A stretch of 63,610 nucleotides of DNA, the filler included, from Dimorphilus gyrociliatus (lineage: Eukaryota; Animalia; Annelida), in the NCBI GenBank assembly GCA_904063045.1. It is 4 parts of 4 records of this genome, joined end to end, with 100 filler letters (N's around TTAATTAATTAA, not from the genome) between each part and the next. Parts side by side here need not be neighbours in the genome. Positions count along the whole stretch, not along the records: positions 50,165 to 63,610 come from CAJFCJ010000196.1; 3 more parts are not named here. One strand, written 5' to 3'. Both the position numbers and the translations under genes were made by a program. The notes beneath the pieces were generated by a model. The model did no database searches, was not told where the DNA came from, and saw only the letters and a program-made list of their open reading frames with translations. Positions 63,072 to 63,610 of this stretch are shown here, one piece after another (within the stretch, counting starts at the first letter, position 1; every line of letters begins with the position of its first letter).

Positions 63072-63275
63072 GGGCCCGACAGAAAACGTCCCCAATAGAT
63101 TTTTGAAAGCAAGATTTCGGATTGAAAAATGGTTAGGAGGAGTCAAGTAGCTTTTGATTTATAGTTAGGGGGTTCCATCTAAGGGTTAGGAGCAATCAAA
63201 AAGGTTAAGGAGAGACAAGGGCTAGGTTAGGGTTAGGGTTAAAACGTGCACTTGGGGACGTTTTCTGTCGTATCC
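63072..63275 (+). mobile_element. MITE copy 7
   Basis: GGGCCCGACAGAAAACGTCCCC...GGGGACGTTTTCTGTCGTATCC; TSD GTCTTAGAC/ATCCTAGAC (7/9). Confidence 0.92.
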
Positions 63276-63610
63276 ATCCTAGACTAATCAATAGTAACTT
63301 ATACTCCTTGATATTTTTCAAATCAGAGAGACTCCTTTTCATTTTTAGAGGCCAATATATTATTCAGAAAATTTCAATTTTTCACAAGAAATACAAAAAA
63401 GATATGATTGGCCTTTGCATTGTTGCCAAGTACTAGTCCAAATAGAACCACATTATGAGTAAGCCGCTTTGAAGGCATGTAGAATTGAGGGAAGATGAAT
63501 AGATGAATATAGAATCAAATTAAGTTTAATATAACAGTATTTAAAGTAATACTAAACCTGTTTGCTAAGAGAGTTGATTCAAGACAGAAATTTATAAAAT
63601 TTTAATAATG

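Overview
This window is not one replicon. It is four contigs joined by three identical artificial 100-nt linkers (N44-TTAATTAATTAA-N44). Contigs A (1-29711) and D (50165-63610) look like the same AT-rich, compact-intron (about 50-70 nt GT-AG introns) invertebrate genome, probably spiralian (inference). They share a ~200-bp MITE family with 9-bp TSDs and telomere-like motifs, a ~98-bp repeat, and paralogous lectin/LDLa/LRR 7TM (GRL101-like) receptors. A also has a TRPA-like channel, a CD225 exon, a PAN/Apple gene and MULE relics. D has NLR-type LRR arrays and a decayed bacterial-type dehydrogenase fragment. Contigs B (29812-37538) and C (37639-50064) are intronless and microsporidian-like, with a CCC motif just before the ATGs: PGM3/PAGM, choline-phosphate cytidylyltransferase, a RING protein, adenylate kinase, OLA1/YchF, ArfGAP, tRNA-Leu, two Merlin elements, a Tc1 element and LINE relics. 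Most interesting: (1) both GRL101-like receptors appear to splice past the apparent stop into a shared pseudokinase-like C-terminal tail; (2) a bacterial-type MDR dehydrogenase relic bounded by a 12-bp direct repeat in the animal contig; (3) an exactly reconstructable LINE>Tc1>Merlin nest; (4) the telomere-motif MITE family. Many genes are broken by single-base homopolymer indels that are probably sequencing errors. All homology calls come from motif recognition by eye; no searches were run.
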